Shown: one piece after another, positions 26,268-40,840 of the stretch
Numbering within the stretch: position 1 is the first letter of the stretch
How the letters are laid out: every line of letters begins with the position of its first letter
Source: the human T2T-CHM13v2.0 reference genome, Homo sapiens
NCBI RefSeq assembly: GCF_009914755.1
Contig: NC_060936.1
DNA length: 64,000 nt
Strand: one strand, 5' to 3'
Position numbers and translations under genes: made by a program
Notes under the pieces: generated by a model
Told to the model about the DNA's origin: nothing
The model's database searches: none
The model's input: only the letters and a program-made list of their open reading frames with translations

Positions 26268-28077
26268 CTGGAAGGGACGGAGCAGCGTTAAGGGCACGTT
26301 CCCGCCGCCACCTCACACCTGACCAGGCCCCCCGGTCCTCGGCCCTTCCCACCTACCGTCTCCTGCCACCAACTGTGATGTTCCAGGCAGGTGAAAACCA
26401 GAGGGCTGTGTTTCAAGACTATGAGCTAAGCGAGGACGAAAAACTTCCATCTGTCTTTTTTGCTGGTTAATTTGGCTCTGACATTTGGATTCTTTCTGAG
26501 ATTGTCACAGCAAGTTATTATTAAGTACTGAATCCAAGCTCTTAGCTCCAAGGCATTTGAATCTCACCCACCACTTCAGGTTCTGTGATTTTCATGCAAA
26601 TTACATAACCCCATTAAGTCCCCTTCCCCAACCTGTGCCGCCCACTTCACAGAACGTTGGGGGCTCTAATGGACCCGTCCTCATCATGGACGCGTTTTGT
26701 AAACTGTTAGGGGCTGTGCGGTCACAAGGCTTCGCTAGGCCATCGTCATCAATTTAAGGATCTCCACAGTGTGGTCTTTACAACCTCCCTGGGATAAGGG
26801 ATCACGTGCATTCTAGAAAGACAAACTCAAGCCCAAAAAGGTCATTTCTACCCAAAGATCACATGGTGGCCCCATTCCTGGTGCTGGTACTGCTGTTACA
26901 GTCCAGCCTGGCCAGAACCTTGGAGTGGGCCTTCGTGCTACAAGGCCATGTATGTACCCCAGTGCTCCCAAGGCTATGCCCGCCAGCGCCTTAGCAAGTC
27001 AGGGCCCACGGGGGCCACAGATGGTAGGATGGGGGGGTGCCAACAGGAACGGAGGGACGTGGTGGGCGGGTGACTTCTCACTGCTTCCCGCTTATGTAAG
27101 AATCAAACTCTCAAGCTGTCACTCTCAGCATCTCCGGGGACAGCCACGAGGCTGGTAACGGGGGAAAGTCAGAGCCCCGTGGGCACCCAGGCGACAGGGA
27201 GGCCTTGGGACATTTCCGGCCGCAGCCCCCAGGTACTTCCTGCTTTCCTGAGCCTGTTCTGGGTGTCATGGGGTGTGCAAAGACAGCTCTGGTCCCAGTC
27301 GAGCGGCCCCATCCTTGCTGGATGCACGAGGCATTCCCAGGGTAACACGCATGGACACTCACGGTGGTTTCTGCTAAGTGCCAGGTGGCAACATGGTCGC
27401 TGAGGGCATTGGAAGGAATCAGGGAATGGGAAGGGCCAGCTGGTCCCAAAAGATCCCTCAGGGGTACAGGGACAGGCTTGGGGAGCACTAGGGGCCTGGC
27501 AGAGGCCAGCCTTTAGGGGAAGGAAGTTGGTTTCGGAGGCAAAGAAATTCATTCTACTCAGCCTGAAGCAGCGATACTTCCTCCCCAACCCTCCCTCCCT
27601 CCTCCACCTTCTAGCTCTTCATTCTGTTGTCTTGCTCTGGCGGGCGTCACCTTCTCTGGTGACCGGGTCCCCAGCATAGGCCAGAGTGAGTCTGAAGCAC
27701 AAGTGCAAATTCTGCCTTTTCCCAGTCTGCCCGCCCTGCCAGCCCCGGGGTGGGCCATCTGCACGGCAGTCCACGGGGCCTGCCGACCTCCGCAGTCTCC
27801 TTTCAGCCTTTCATCACAGCCAGGCCCTGCTGCCTGCCTCTCCTCTCTCCTGCCGGTTCTAACCGTTGGCTGCCAGGCTTGGCCTCGGCTCCATGGGGCT
27901 GTGACCCTGAGGGCCCAGTCCCCCAGTCCTGCTCTAGGCTCCTTGGCCAGAAGCCGTGATCCTTCCTTCCCTAATCCTCTCTCCTCTCTTGGTCTCTTGC
28001 TCCCCTGACTTCCTTGTCTTCCTCAAGTACCCCAAAAGCACTTGGGAACACTGTTGTGATGCCCAGGGCCGAACTGC

Positions 28078-28114
28078 GGGGAGGGGGATGGGGGGAGGGG
28101 GATGGGGACAGGGG
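28078..28114 (+). other. G-quadruplex motif
   Basis: GGGGAGGGGGATGGGGGGAGGGGGATGGGGACAGGGG: six G-runs with 1-3 nt loops. Confidence 0.7.
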
Positions 28115-28350
28115 TCCTCTCCCTGCCACAGGGCATCTGATTATCAAAACGGCCAGGAGCAGGTCTTGATTTGCAAGGCCAGCACTGGCCTAACCACCAT
28201 CCACTAGCAGAGGCTGGAGGAGCCATCAGGGAGGAGGGCAGAGTGGGCGGCCGCTTTACGAAAGTGTCATTTTAGGACACAGCGAGGAAGGCCCGGGCGC
28301 AACGTGTGCAGTCAGCTCCAAACTGAGCTTCCGAGAAACACTATTTCTAA

Positions 28351-28689
<339 letters not shown>

Positions 28690-29003
28690 TACAACGGGGG
28701 TTACTTCTGAGAAGCGGCAGTGGGACCGCAGGTGGGAGAGAATTTGGTTTACACTATATACCCTTTTGTACTGCTTACATTGTTTTGACTACGTGTGAAT
28801 ATTACCTTTTCCATAAAAATAAGAAAAACCAGTTTAAATTGCTTTAAAGGCCATGCCCAGGTTGACCCCTTCCTACTGAGATGTTGGTCACCCAGGAAGC
28901 CTGTCCCTTGCTACTGCAGGTAAAGAGCCATGTCCCCTCCTGACCAGTGGGCCACACGAGGTCTTCAAGGGTCCCCCGAGGCTCCCACGCCCAGGCCACC
29001 CAC

Positions 29004-29051
29004 CTTCAGGAAGTCCTCGAAGGTGATCCCCTCGTACACCTGATCAGGCTC
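29004..29051 (-). CDS. TESC: TESC coding exon 7
   Basis: CAG| acceptor, AAG|GTGGGT donor; 48 nt. Translates EPDQVYEGITFEDFLK. Confidence 0.96.
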
Positions 29052-29913
29052 CTGGGGACGGAAGCACAGGGTGGACAGTGAGTGGCGCAGGTCCCCACAC
29101 AGCTTCCGCAGGGGGACGGTCCACTGGCCTCCCCTCCCCACCAATACCCAAATGTAAGTTGTTGAGGCTGTTTGGGAGGAATCACAAGAAGAGGAGAACG
29201 TTCTGGATCGTCTGCCTCCAGCATGGAGCCGGTCACCCTGAACCTCCAATATCCTCATTCATGGGCTTGAGGGTGGGATGGGAGCCGAGCGTCGCTCACC
29301 AGGGCCCTGGCAACGTGTGGCTCAGAGCAGCCTCCCTCCCCTCCCCCAGCCCCCCAGGGAGAATCCGAGGTGTGGGTGACATGAGGGCATGGGGCTCTCC
29401 TTCCCCACTCAGCCCACCTCACCACCAGCCCCCCAGCAGCTGGACCACCAAGATGCCTCCTGTACCCGCCTAGGTCTGGCCTCCTCATGCCTGCGCTGTG
29501 CTGATAAGAAGATTCCAGGCTAATCTAAGCTCACAGACCTCAGGGGAGAGGTCAGGGAAACACAGGGCCAGCCTGTGAGGCCCACGCCTCATGCCTCGTG
29601 AGTCACCGTGATAACTCAGGGCCACTGGGGAGGGCAGGGCCAGAGGGTGGCCACAAGGAGCCTCTCCCTGCTGAGTGGGTTTGGCGATGCCAGTCTCCAT
29701 CGCCTCTGCGTCCTCCCTGCTCTGGGGATGACACCAGGTGCTCCTGCCCCTTTCACCGATACTCCAGGATCCCACCGACAAGCCTCCAAAAACCTCACCC
29801 TGCAGCTCGCTTTGTGACAGCGAAAACCCGCTGACATCCCAGGTGCCCGTCAATAGAAGGCGAGGGACATAAATCTCGGTCATCCACGCTATTGATTCCC
29901 ACGCAACCATTAA

Positions 29914-30041
29914 CCATTTATGCCTAGTGTTCCATTACTGGAACGCTAAGCTGTGGGAGTTACTTATATCCTACTGGTCAAGGTCATCGCCAAGGTCTGA
30001 TTGCAAAAATTGAAAAAGCTGCAACCTCAGGCAAAAATGGG
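29914..30041 (+). mobile_element. MER85 (piggyBac/PGBD3-derived MITE)
   Basis: TTAA TSDs at 29910-29913 and 30042-30045; TIRs CCATTTATGCCT / AGGCAAAAATGGG; internal palindrome GTTCCATTACTGGAAC. Confidence 0.92.
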
Positions 30042-30397
30042 TTAAGAAGGGGTTGATCTGTATGTCTCACTCTGGAAAAGGCTCTGAGATGTGTACCCAG
30101 CAGATAAAGAACAAAAAACAAAACCCAACAAGCAGAAAGATGTCTGCAGGTCTGTGCACGCAAACCTTTCCTCAGACTGATAACCAGACCCCCACCATCT
30201 GCCCTGTGGGTGTGTGGGGTCATACGGAGAAAATGGGAAGCCACATCGGTTCGATTATGTTTTGCATACATCAAAAATAAAAGACATGCATGTATACATT
30301 GGTATATGTAGGAAAAAAACCACCGAGAGGGAGTCCCTTTAGGGAAGAGGACCTGGGCTGGTGGGGGAGCAGGAGAGGCTCAAAGCTCTCTCTGTGA

Positions 30398-30807
<410 letters not shown>

Positions 30808-31010
30808 CAAATGCTATTGTTAGCATTTAATGATAGATGCCAATCTCACAACCGGCCCTGAGTTGGGTTCTAGTCTCTCTCCTGTATTACAGATGAGGGA
30901 CACAGAGGGAGCTGCCTGTCCAGCTGGGAGCATCTAGCTGCCTCCAAGTCCTTGAGGGCTGTTTCTACTGGCAGGACTTTGCAGGCTCTTTAGTTTCCTC
31001 TTTATACTTA

Positions 31011-31340
<330 letters not shown>

Positions 31341-31672
31341 TAATAAATTAAAAAAAAAATGAAACCCAGCAGTTCTCGGCTAGCCTGGGCCAGCCCTGTC
31401 CCTAATGGCTCCTTCCTCCCTGTCTTCCCACTCACGGGCACAGTGGCTGCCCTCCCTGCCGGGCCTCCCTAGGTTCCCAGGCTGGCCAAGGGGAGCTAAT
31501 TATAGAAAAGGCCCCCATGGCCAGAGTCTGGGGCTGGAAAGGGGGTGATCGGTGCAAGGAAGGAGGGCGGGGAGTTGGGGGAAGCAGCCCCGGCTGAATG
31601 CCCAGTGAAGCAGTCCCCCCATCAAGCATCCATGGGTGTGACCTCCTGAGAAAGCACTCTCAAAAGATCCAC

Positions 31673-32132
<460 letters not shown>

Positions 32133-33615
32133 TCAGGCCGCATGCACAGCTCGGTCTGGGTTTATCTGGCCGAGGTTTACACCAGAAGGTATTTTAGGAG
32201 CACCCGGAGGACCCATGAGTGAAGAAAGAGGTGGAGATGAGCCCTCTGCCTTGCAGCCGTCTTCCTGGTTCCAGGGCTACCCCCACCTCATGGGGGCCCG
32301 TAGGCAGCGGGTACGCCCCGGAGCCCGGCCTCCGCCCCGAGATGCCTCTGCTTCCCAGGCTGCGGGGGTTTTATGCAGATCAGCAGCTGGCAGCTGCCAG
32401 CAATTTCACTACAGCAAATTAAGAAAACTGTCGCCAATTGAAACTGGAGTGGGACAGGGAGTAATTTGAACAAGGAGAGTGTAATTAAATCAAATGGGAA
32501 TTTGGCCCGACAACCCGGCGGGGGATCCCTGCTCTCCCCACCGAGGTCACAAGCCCTCTCCCGTGGTGGTTAGTCTGCTGAGTGCGGAGGTTTCACCCAA
32601 GCCAGAAGCTTCCCCCTGGGCTCCAGAGGCAAACAGATAAAATACACGTCAGGAAACCAACCGACCACAGCCCCTGCCCCTGGGGGCAGGCCCAGGCCGG
32701 TGGCCTCATGTCCCTCAAGGACAGGCTTGGGGCACAGAGAGCAGGATCCAGCATGAACGCCCCTCCACTCCAGGCTGGGCAAACACAAAGCCGTCAGGGT
32801 GTCTAGAGACGCAGCCACTTTAGACACACAGGGGCAAAGGGCTGACTGCATCAGTGGGGCCATCCAAACCCCTCAGGGAACACACGACACCCAGGTGGTC
32901 ACCTGCCTGCCTGAGTGGTCCCCAGAGGCTTAGAGCCTTAGGGCTGGGGGCTGGTGGGGCTGCACCTGTCCTTACAAGAGAAAATCCACCCTGCACAGGA
33001 AAGATCATAAGGTCTAGAGGATTCTCTATGCTCTCTGAGTCTCAGTTTTCCCACCAGTCAAAATGAGGCAAGATGTAATAAATGATGAACATGGAAAGGC
33101 CACTTCCCTCTCTTCTGTGTCATTTACACACCAGCCCCCACCTCGGCTCCTCCACCGGACTCCATGCCATCGGCTCTTGTCAGCCCCCAATAGGGCTCCC
33201 TGCTGACCCCTGCCTTCGAGGCCAGAAGTTGCCTCTGAGTCATTTGTTAAGAAATAAACCAATTAAGGCCAGCCTGTGCCATGTGCTACCTAGGCCTGGC
33301 CCCAGGGTCAAGTGCTGCTGTGAGCACTGACTGAGGCCGGGGTGGGGGATCAGGGGGCTATGCAGGTGGGGGCTCCTGGACCCCAAAGCCTGAGATCTCG
33401 AACTCTGCTTCCCTGCCTTATGCAGCTCTCTGGGGACTTGGACCTTCAGTCTCCTGGGGGACAGGAAGGGCTGGGAGAGGTTCCTGAGCCCCACAGGCCA
33501 CAGGTAGAGCAGGTGGCAGAATACACCTGGCCCCTGCCCCATGAGGCCTTCCAGAAACGCAGACCATAAGCGGGAAAGGCACTGCGCGTCTCGGGAGGGC
33601 TGCAGGGGCGCTCAC

Positions 33616-33723
33616 CATCTGCCCCATGCACACGCTGGCCGCCTCCATCATGGCCCCGTCGGCGATGGAGCGAGCGGACTCCTTCTCGATGTGAGGGTTT
33701 CCCGACAGCAGCTCCTCGACCAC
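33616..33723 (-). CDS. TESC: TESC coding exon 6
   Basis: CAG| acceptor, ATG|GTGAGC donor; 108 nt. Translates [36 protein letters not shown]. Confidence 0.96.
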
Positions 33724-33833
33724 CTGCCAGGTGGGGCGGAAACAAACGGTGACCTTGGGCCTCCATCAGGGTCGTGGGGGGCAGAGGGGGAAGGCACCAG
33801 GAGCCCCGGGCGGGCCAGAGGAGCATACTTTAC

Positions 33834-33895
33834 ATTTCGATATTCTTCCAGAGTGATGCGGCCGTCGCTGTCCGAGTCGTACATGTGGAACAGAA
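33834..33895 (-). CDS. TESC: TESC coding exon 5 (canonical EF-hand loop)
   Basis: TAG| acceptor, AAT|GTAAAG donor; 62 nt. Translates (F)[20 protein letters not shown], containing the EF-hand loop [12 protein letters not shown]. Confidence 0.96.
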
Positions 33896-34019
33896 CTAGG
33901 GTGGCAGGGGAGAGAGGGGACTCCGTCAGGCGGGGCCTGGCCCCTGCCACCCCCTGAAATGTACACTAAACTAAGCAAAAGACACCAATAACCAAACCTC
34001 AATGCCAAAGCCAGAGGGG

Positions 34020-34160
34020 TCAGGGCATGAGCTGTGGGACCAGACTGACTACTTCCTACTGGGTGACCTTGGGCCCGTGACCTAACTTCTCTGAGCCTCA
34101 GTTTCCTCATCTGTGAAATGGGAATAACAACAGTGTCTACCTCGTGGCCTTAGGAGGGCT
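34020..34160 (+). mobile_element. MIR
   Basis: GTGACCTTGGG...CTCTGAGCCTCAGTTTCCTCATCTGTGAAATGGG core. Confidence 0.8.
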
Positions 34161-34471
34161 GGGAGCTAGCGCTGTGGCGTTAGGGCCTGGCAACTGCCCC
34201 GTGAGCATGAATATCACGACAGTAAGCGTTACCCGTTAACACAAGTCAAACGGTGTCGAGTTCAAAATATTGTTCCCACAGCCCTGGAGGGCACCATCAT
34301 CTCACCCATAGCAGGTCACGGTCCACAGTGCTTCTGATCTGGGCCCGACTGATCTAACATGGGCAGCCCCAGGCCTGGCATCAGGGAGGCGATGGCCGGG
34401 AGGGGGCCTCTCCATGTTGTTCCCAGCACGGCCTTGGGAGCTGGAGCTCTCCCAAGTCTTCTGTGTTGGCA

Positions 34472-35100
<629 letters not shown>

Positions 35101-36075
35101 GGCATTTACTGAACACTGACCAGATGCCCAGGTGTGCAAAGCGCTTCACAAACCTCTGTCTCCCTCTCACCCAACCCCAAGAGGCCAGGGATGCCTGAGC
35201 CCTGCCTCCCAGACAGACTGTCAAAGCTCACGGAAGTTAAGGCGTTTGCCCACGGCCACACCACTAAGGGACAGGAAACCAGGGATTTGGACCTGAGTCC
35301 GTCCTGTTCCACGCCCCTTGGAGCAGACAGGAAGCCAGGCTCACACCAGGGATCCACCCCCGCCACCCGGGCTGTTCCCACCAGCCCCGCATACACATTC
35401 CAGTGCTAAATATAGCGAAGTCCCATGTTTACATTTTCTTGATGAGGAGGCTGACCTGGGGCGGGACACAGAGGGATGTCAGGAGTCATGGGAAAGGCCA
35501 CAGGAAAAGGAGATGTGACTCGGGGCACTGCCTGGGACCTGTGCGGCTGGCCAGCTGGGACCACAACTGAACCCACTCGGGAGCCAGAACATAGTGGGGC
35601 TGGTCTCAGGAACCCAGCAATAGCACAGCCCATGGAGGAGGGAGAGGAGGAAACTGACTTTAGGGAGCGCTTCCTGTGTGCCAAAGGCTGACTGTGTGAT
35701 CTTACCCAGCCCTCAGAACCACGCATGATCGGCATACCCACGTTCTGGGTCAAGGTTCAAGGTCACATGGCTGGTGAGACGGGCCACACTGGAACCCAGG
35801 TCTTTGCATCAAGGGCCTTGTTTCACATCCACCGCACAACCCCCTTCTAGTCCCAGGAAGCCACAAGCTGCTGAGGAATGTTTAGGATGAAGGTGCCGGG
35901 AACGGGAGACAGCAATGCCAGCCTCACAGGGACGAGGGCTGGTGGCCCCAAGCCCTCCAAGCCCCCAAGCCAATGCACACCCAGCCTCCTGCTGCAGAGG
36001 CGCCTTGCGTTCTGAGGTCTTAGGGGAGGCTGCACCCCAGGCCAGGTGTGAGCAAGGGGACTCAGTGGCACGCAC

Positions 36076-36215
36076 ATCTCAGCTTCTCCTTCCGGGACAG
36101 CTCCACCTGTTCCTCGTCCATGGTGGTGTCGATGGGCCGGAAGTAGGACATGATGGTCAGGAAGTCCTCGAAATTGATCTCATCAGCCAGGCCACTGGGT
36201 CCCTTGCGCAGGTTC
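36076..36215 (-). CDS. TESC: TESC coding exon 4
   Basis: TAG| acceptor, |GTGCGT donor; 140 nt. Translates (R)[46 protein letters not shown](F). Confidence 0.96.
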
Positions 36216-36594
36216 CTACGGGAGCAACAAGGAGGGTGTTGGAAATAAATGAAGAACTGGATCTTGTCCTCTTGCTACCATTAGCTCCCGAGAACTCCGC
36301 TCTCAGGGTGCACACTGGACCCACGATGGCTGCTCTCGCCTTGCGTCTGTGCCCCAAGAACCTGCTTCGTGGCGGGGCTGCAGGCTCCGGAAGCTGAAAG
36401 CTCAGCCCTTGCCCTGCCCTCACGGAGCTCATCATCAGGGAGGTGGAAGAGAGAGAGACAACTGCGTGACCGTTGATTCAGGCGGTGACAGAGGGATGCG
36501 TGGGTGTGTGATGGTGCACACAGGCCAGCACTTATGAAGAAACCAAGCAATCCAGTAACTCACTGAGTACATCTCCTGATCCTTTCCTTTAGCT

Positions 36595-37410
<816 letters not shown>

Positions 37411-37707
37411 CTCGCTCTCACTAGTTCAAAATTTTAGGATGGTGATTGGCTGCAAGCATCTCTAAGTAATCTGTTTATACCCAAATACAAAGTTTGCCAA
37501 GGATTGAAAGTTTTGTGGTAAGTTAGGGCAGGTTTGAGACTGGCCGTACAAATGTGCTTTTTGGAGGAGGCAAGAAAGGGCTGGTGTTCTGGGGGATGGG
37601 GACACAGGGAGTTCATGCCCCATGCCCGGCACACTGCCTGACACCCAGATGAGGGACTCAGAAATGTGTGGTCCAGCTCAGGTCTTGGCAGTTGTTAATA
37701 GCTCGGA

Positions 37708-38000
37708 GGCCAGGCGCAATGGCTTACGCCTGTAACCCCTGCACTTTGGGAGACTGAGGCAGGCCAATTGCTTGGGCTCTGGAGTTCAAGACCACCCTGG
37801 GCAACAGGGAGAAACCCTGTCTCTACAAAAAATTAGATGGGTGCGGTGGTGTGCACCTGTAGTCCCAGCTACTTAGGGGGCTGAGGTGGGAGGATCACTT
37901 GAGCCCAGGAGGCCGAGGCTGCAGTGAGCCAAGATCACGCCACTGCACTCCAGCCTGGGTGGCTAAGTAAGACCCTGTCTCAAACGAAAGAAACAAAACA
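37708..38000 (+). mobile_element. AluJ-like
   Basis: Full Alu. Confidence 0.85.
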
Positions 38001-38989
38001 GCCTGGAGATGACTCCAAACCCAAGCTCCTGACCCACTGTCGTCAAACCCTTATCTCTACTGGACTGTGACCATGAGCGCCCGAGGCTGCTGGGGCAGGC
38101 TGTCATATGGCTGGCAAGCTCAAGTTTCTGCCACAGCCTCTCACTGTGGCCCTTCGGAAGGGGCAGTGCCTAGCTGGCCCGGGGTGGCTAACAGTTAGTG
38201 GTTAGTGCTTGGATATGTTACTTGGGTCCCACCCAGGGCACGACTGCACCTCCATGTAAAGGAATATGTTTGCAATTCTCTCTTTAGAGGTTCATCTACT
38301 ACTCCTTTTCAGCACCCAGCAAATACACTAACACCCATACGACAGCCTCTAAGTGTCCTGGGAACTCCCACTTTTTTATTTTTCTCTTCCAGGAGATTTT
38401 CCAGGGAGAGGTGGGGTCCCAAGTCTGGATTAGGGAAGGCGGATCAAGAAACTGCCCATCTGCGGGATGAGATCTGTCCTTCCCTGGGCTCAGGAAGCCC
38501 CATCTTTATGTGTTTTCACAGGTCTCTCTTCTCTCTTTTATCGTATGAAGCTCCCCACCGCTCCTGCCACAGGCTTTAATAACCTCAAAGTTCTCACTGT
38601 GGGCGGCAGAGACCAAATTTACAGAGCATAAAAATAGCCCCCGGACTTATCGGGCTGCTCTGAAAGCCCTTCCCACAGCGACTGGCTCACACGTCCTTCC
38701 CAAGTGGTTTAGGCTGCAGCAAGAGGGATTAAGATTAGCATGGGTGAAAATGTGATAGACCCCTGGGGAAGGCAGGTGTGTGTCCTTCTCTGGGAACCTT
38801 GTGACCGGCACTGCTTCAGCCTCAGGACCCAACTCAAGGAAGGAGGGTCCCTTCCCCTCCGAGTGCTCCCGCAGGTCTGAAGAGACCAACATTCTGGTCT
38901 CCAAAGGCAATGACAGCCAGTGCCAAAGAAACCCAGACAGAGCACCTGGAACCAGCCCCACTTGCTCTCCACTCCATTTTTTAAATAAA

Positions 38990-39130
38990 AGTTTATTTAT
39001 TTATTTATTTTTTAAGAGATGAGATCTCGCTATATTGCCCAGACTGGTCTTGAACCCTGGCCATACGCAATCCTACTGCCTTAGCCTCCTGGAGTAGCTG
39101 GGATTACAGGTGCGTGCCACCACACCCAGC
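38990..39130 (-). mobile_element. Alu monomer (FLAM-like)
   Basis: Single arm with a (TTTA)n tail. Confidence 0.75.
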
Positions 39131-40789
39131 CCTCTAACTCCCATTTCTAAAATGAGCACCAGGATGAAGATCAGTGGACAGAAAACAGGGGCTACATCTA
39201 AATCTGCAACCCAGCATGAGGGCAGGCCATTTTCACTCTTTTTGCAAAGATGCCCCCTTAACTTTCCAATTCTTCTGTAAGGAATGGGGCGCCCTGGAGG
39301 TGGGGATGGCCTCTGCTCAAAATACCCCTTCCCCAAGACCTGTTCCCAAAGAGTCTTAGGAACAAAGGCTGAGGCTGGTATTTCTTGAAAGGAAAATCCT
39401 GTTTCCAGCATCTCCTCTGAAATCCTCCTCCAGCTTCTTCTCAGCATTTACAGGATGTGATGTGAAGCCCTTTTCCAATAGTTACAGGCTCCCAGCTGTA
39501 GCCCACGAAGTTGTTCTGGGTGCAGGCCAGAGGAAACCCTTTTTAAAATCATCCCCTCCCTCAGTGACTTCTGGGCCAGCCTTAGTCACTGGCACCTTCC
39601 TTTCTCCACACCAGGTTTCTCTAAGAAGCAGCCAGAGGCCGAGGTCCAGGGACCTATAGGGGAGGCTCTCACCACCCCATACCTGGCCACCGCCCTCCAC
39701 TTCTAGCTCAGCCCAGGAGATCCCTGACCATCTTTCAACGACAGCTCTGTCAGGCAGGGACAATGACAGCTGCCCTCAGCTCCAGACCCGGAGTCTCCTG
39801 GATGCCCCCCCACACCCAACCCACCCCCAGGCTCACACCTCTAGTCAGTGCCCTGGGAACCTTCCTTTTCTCTCCTGGCCTCTGCAGCTGCCTGGCCCAG
39901 CCCCCACCTTCTCACGCACTCCAAGTGCAGCCGGAATGAGCTTTGCAAAATGCAAATCAGAGCCTGTTGTTCCCCTGCTCAGCACCCTCCTGGGGCCTCC
40001 CCAGTTCTCCTGGTAATCCCCAATCCCACCTGGTCTCCCAGGCCTGCAGGGTGGTCTCAGCCACCCACACCAGCCCAGACCTCACCGCCCCTTCCTGCCT
40101 AGCTCCCTCCTCAGGGTCCCCACAGGCCCGTCGCGCCTGGAGTCCCCCTGAGATGTGGTCACTTGTTTCAACGTCCAACTTCTGGACACCCGACATTCCC
40201 CAATGACTGAGGTCCCTGCCCCCTCCTTCAGGGAGCACCACGCCTGTGCCAGTCCTCCCACAGCTCTGGCCTAAATCAGACCCTCCAAAGGAGGAGGAGG
40301 CTACTGCCTCCGTCTGCCTGTCCCTAAGTCTGGCAGCGGCATACCCAGTGCACCCTCTTGTCTTCTGAAAACAGAGAGGCATCTGCCCCAGCCCTTTCCC
40401 CACACCCTGTCTCCTGGAGCTCGGCTGTTCATGGAAAACAGCCTGGCAGGTGTGTGCATTCCACCCCAAGAGCCGAAAACACAACTCCTGGGTCTGTCCA
40501 GGATCGTGAGGCAGACAGACCCGAGTTGGAATCCCAGTTCCTACAAGTGACAACTGACAGCCAAGTGACCTTGGGTCAAGTTTTTTTTTAAGGAATAAGA
40601 GCATACACTAAAATGCACAGATCTTGTGTTTGGACGAACATATGCCCTTGTGAAATCCACCTCTCATCTCATCCACCCTAGAAGTTCCCTCTTCCAACTT
40701 TACAACTGGCCAAAGTTGCACCCAAGCCTTCTGGAAACAAGCCTCGTGCCTACACACACCCCCTAAACGTGCACACATGCTCCCTCTCT

Positions 40790-40840
40790 CGCGTGCGCGC
40801 GCACGCGCACACACACATACACATACACACACGCACGCAC
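40790..40840. repeat. Mixed (CG)/(CA) alternating purine-pyrimidine tract
   Basis: 51 bp of unbroken alternation, including GCGCGCGC. Confidence 0.9.
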
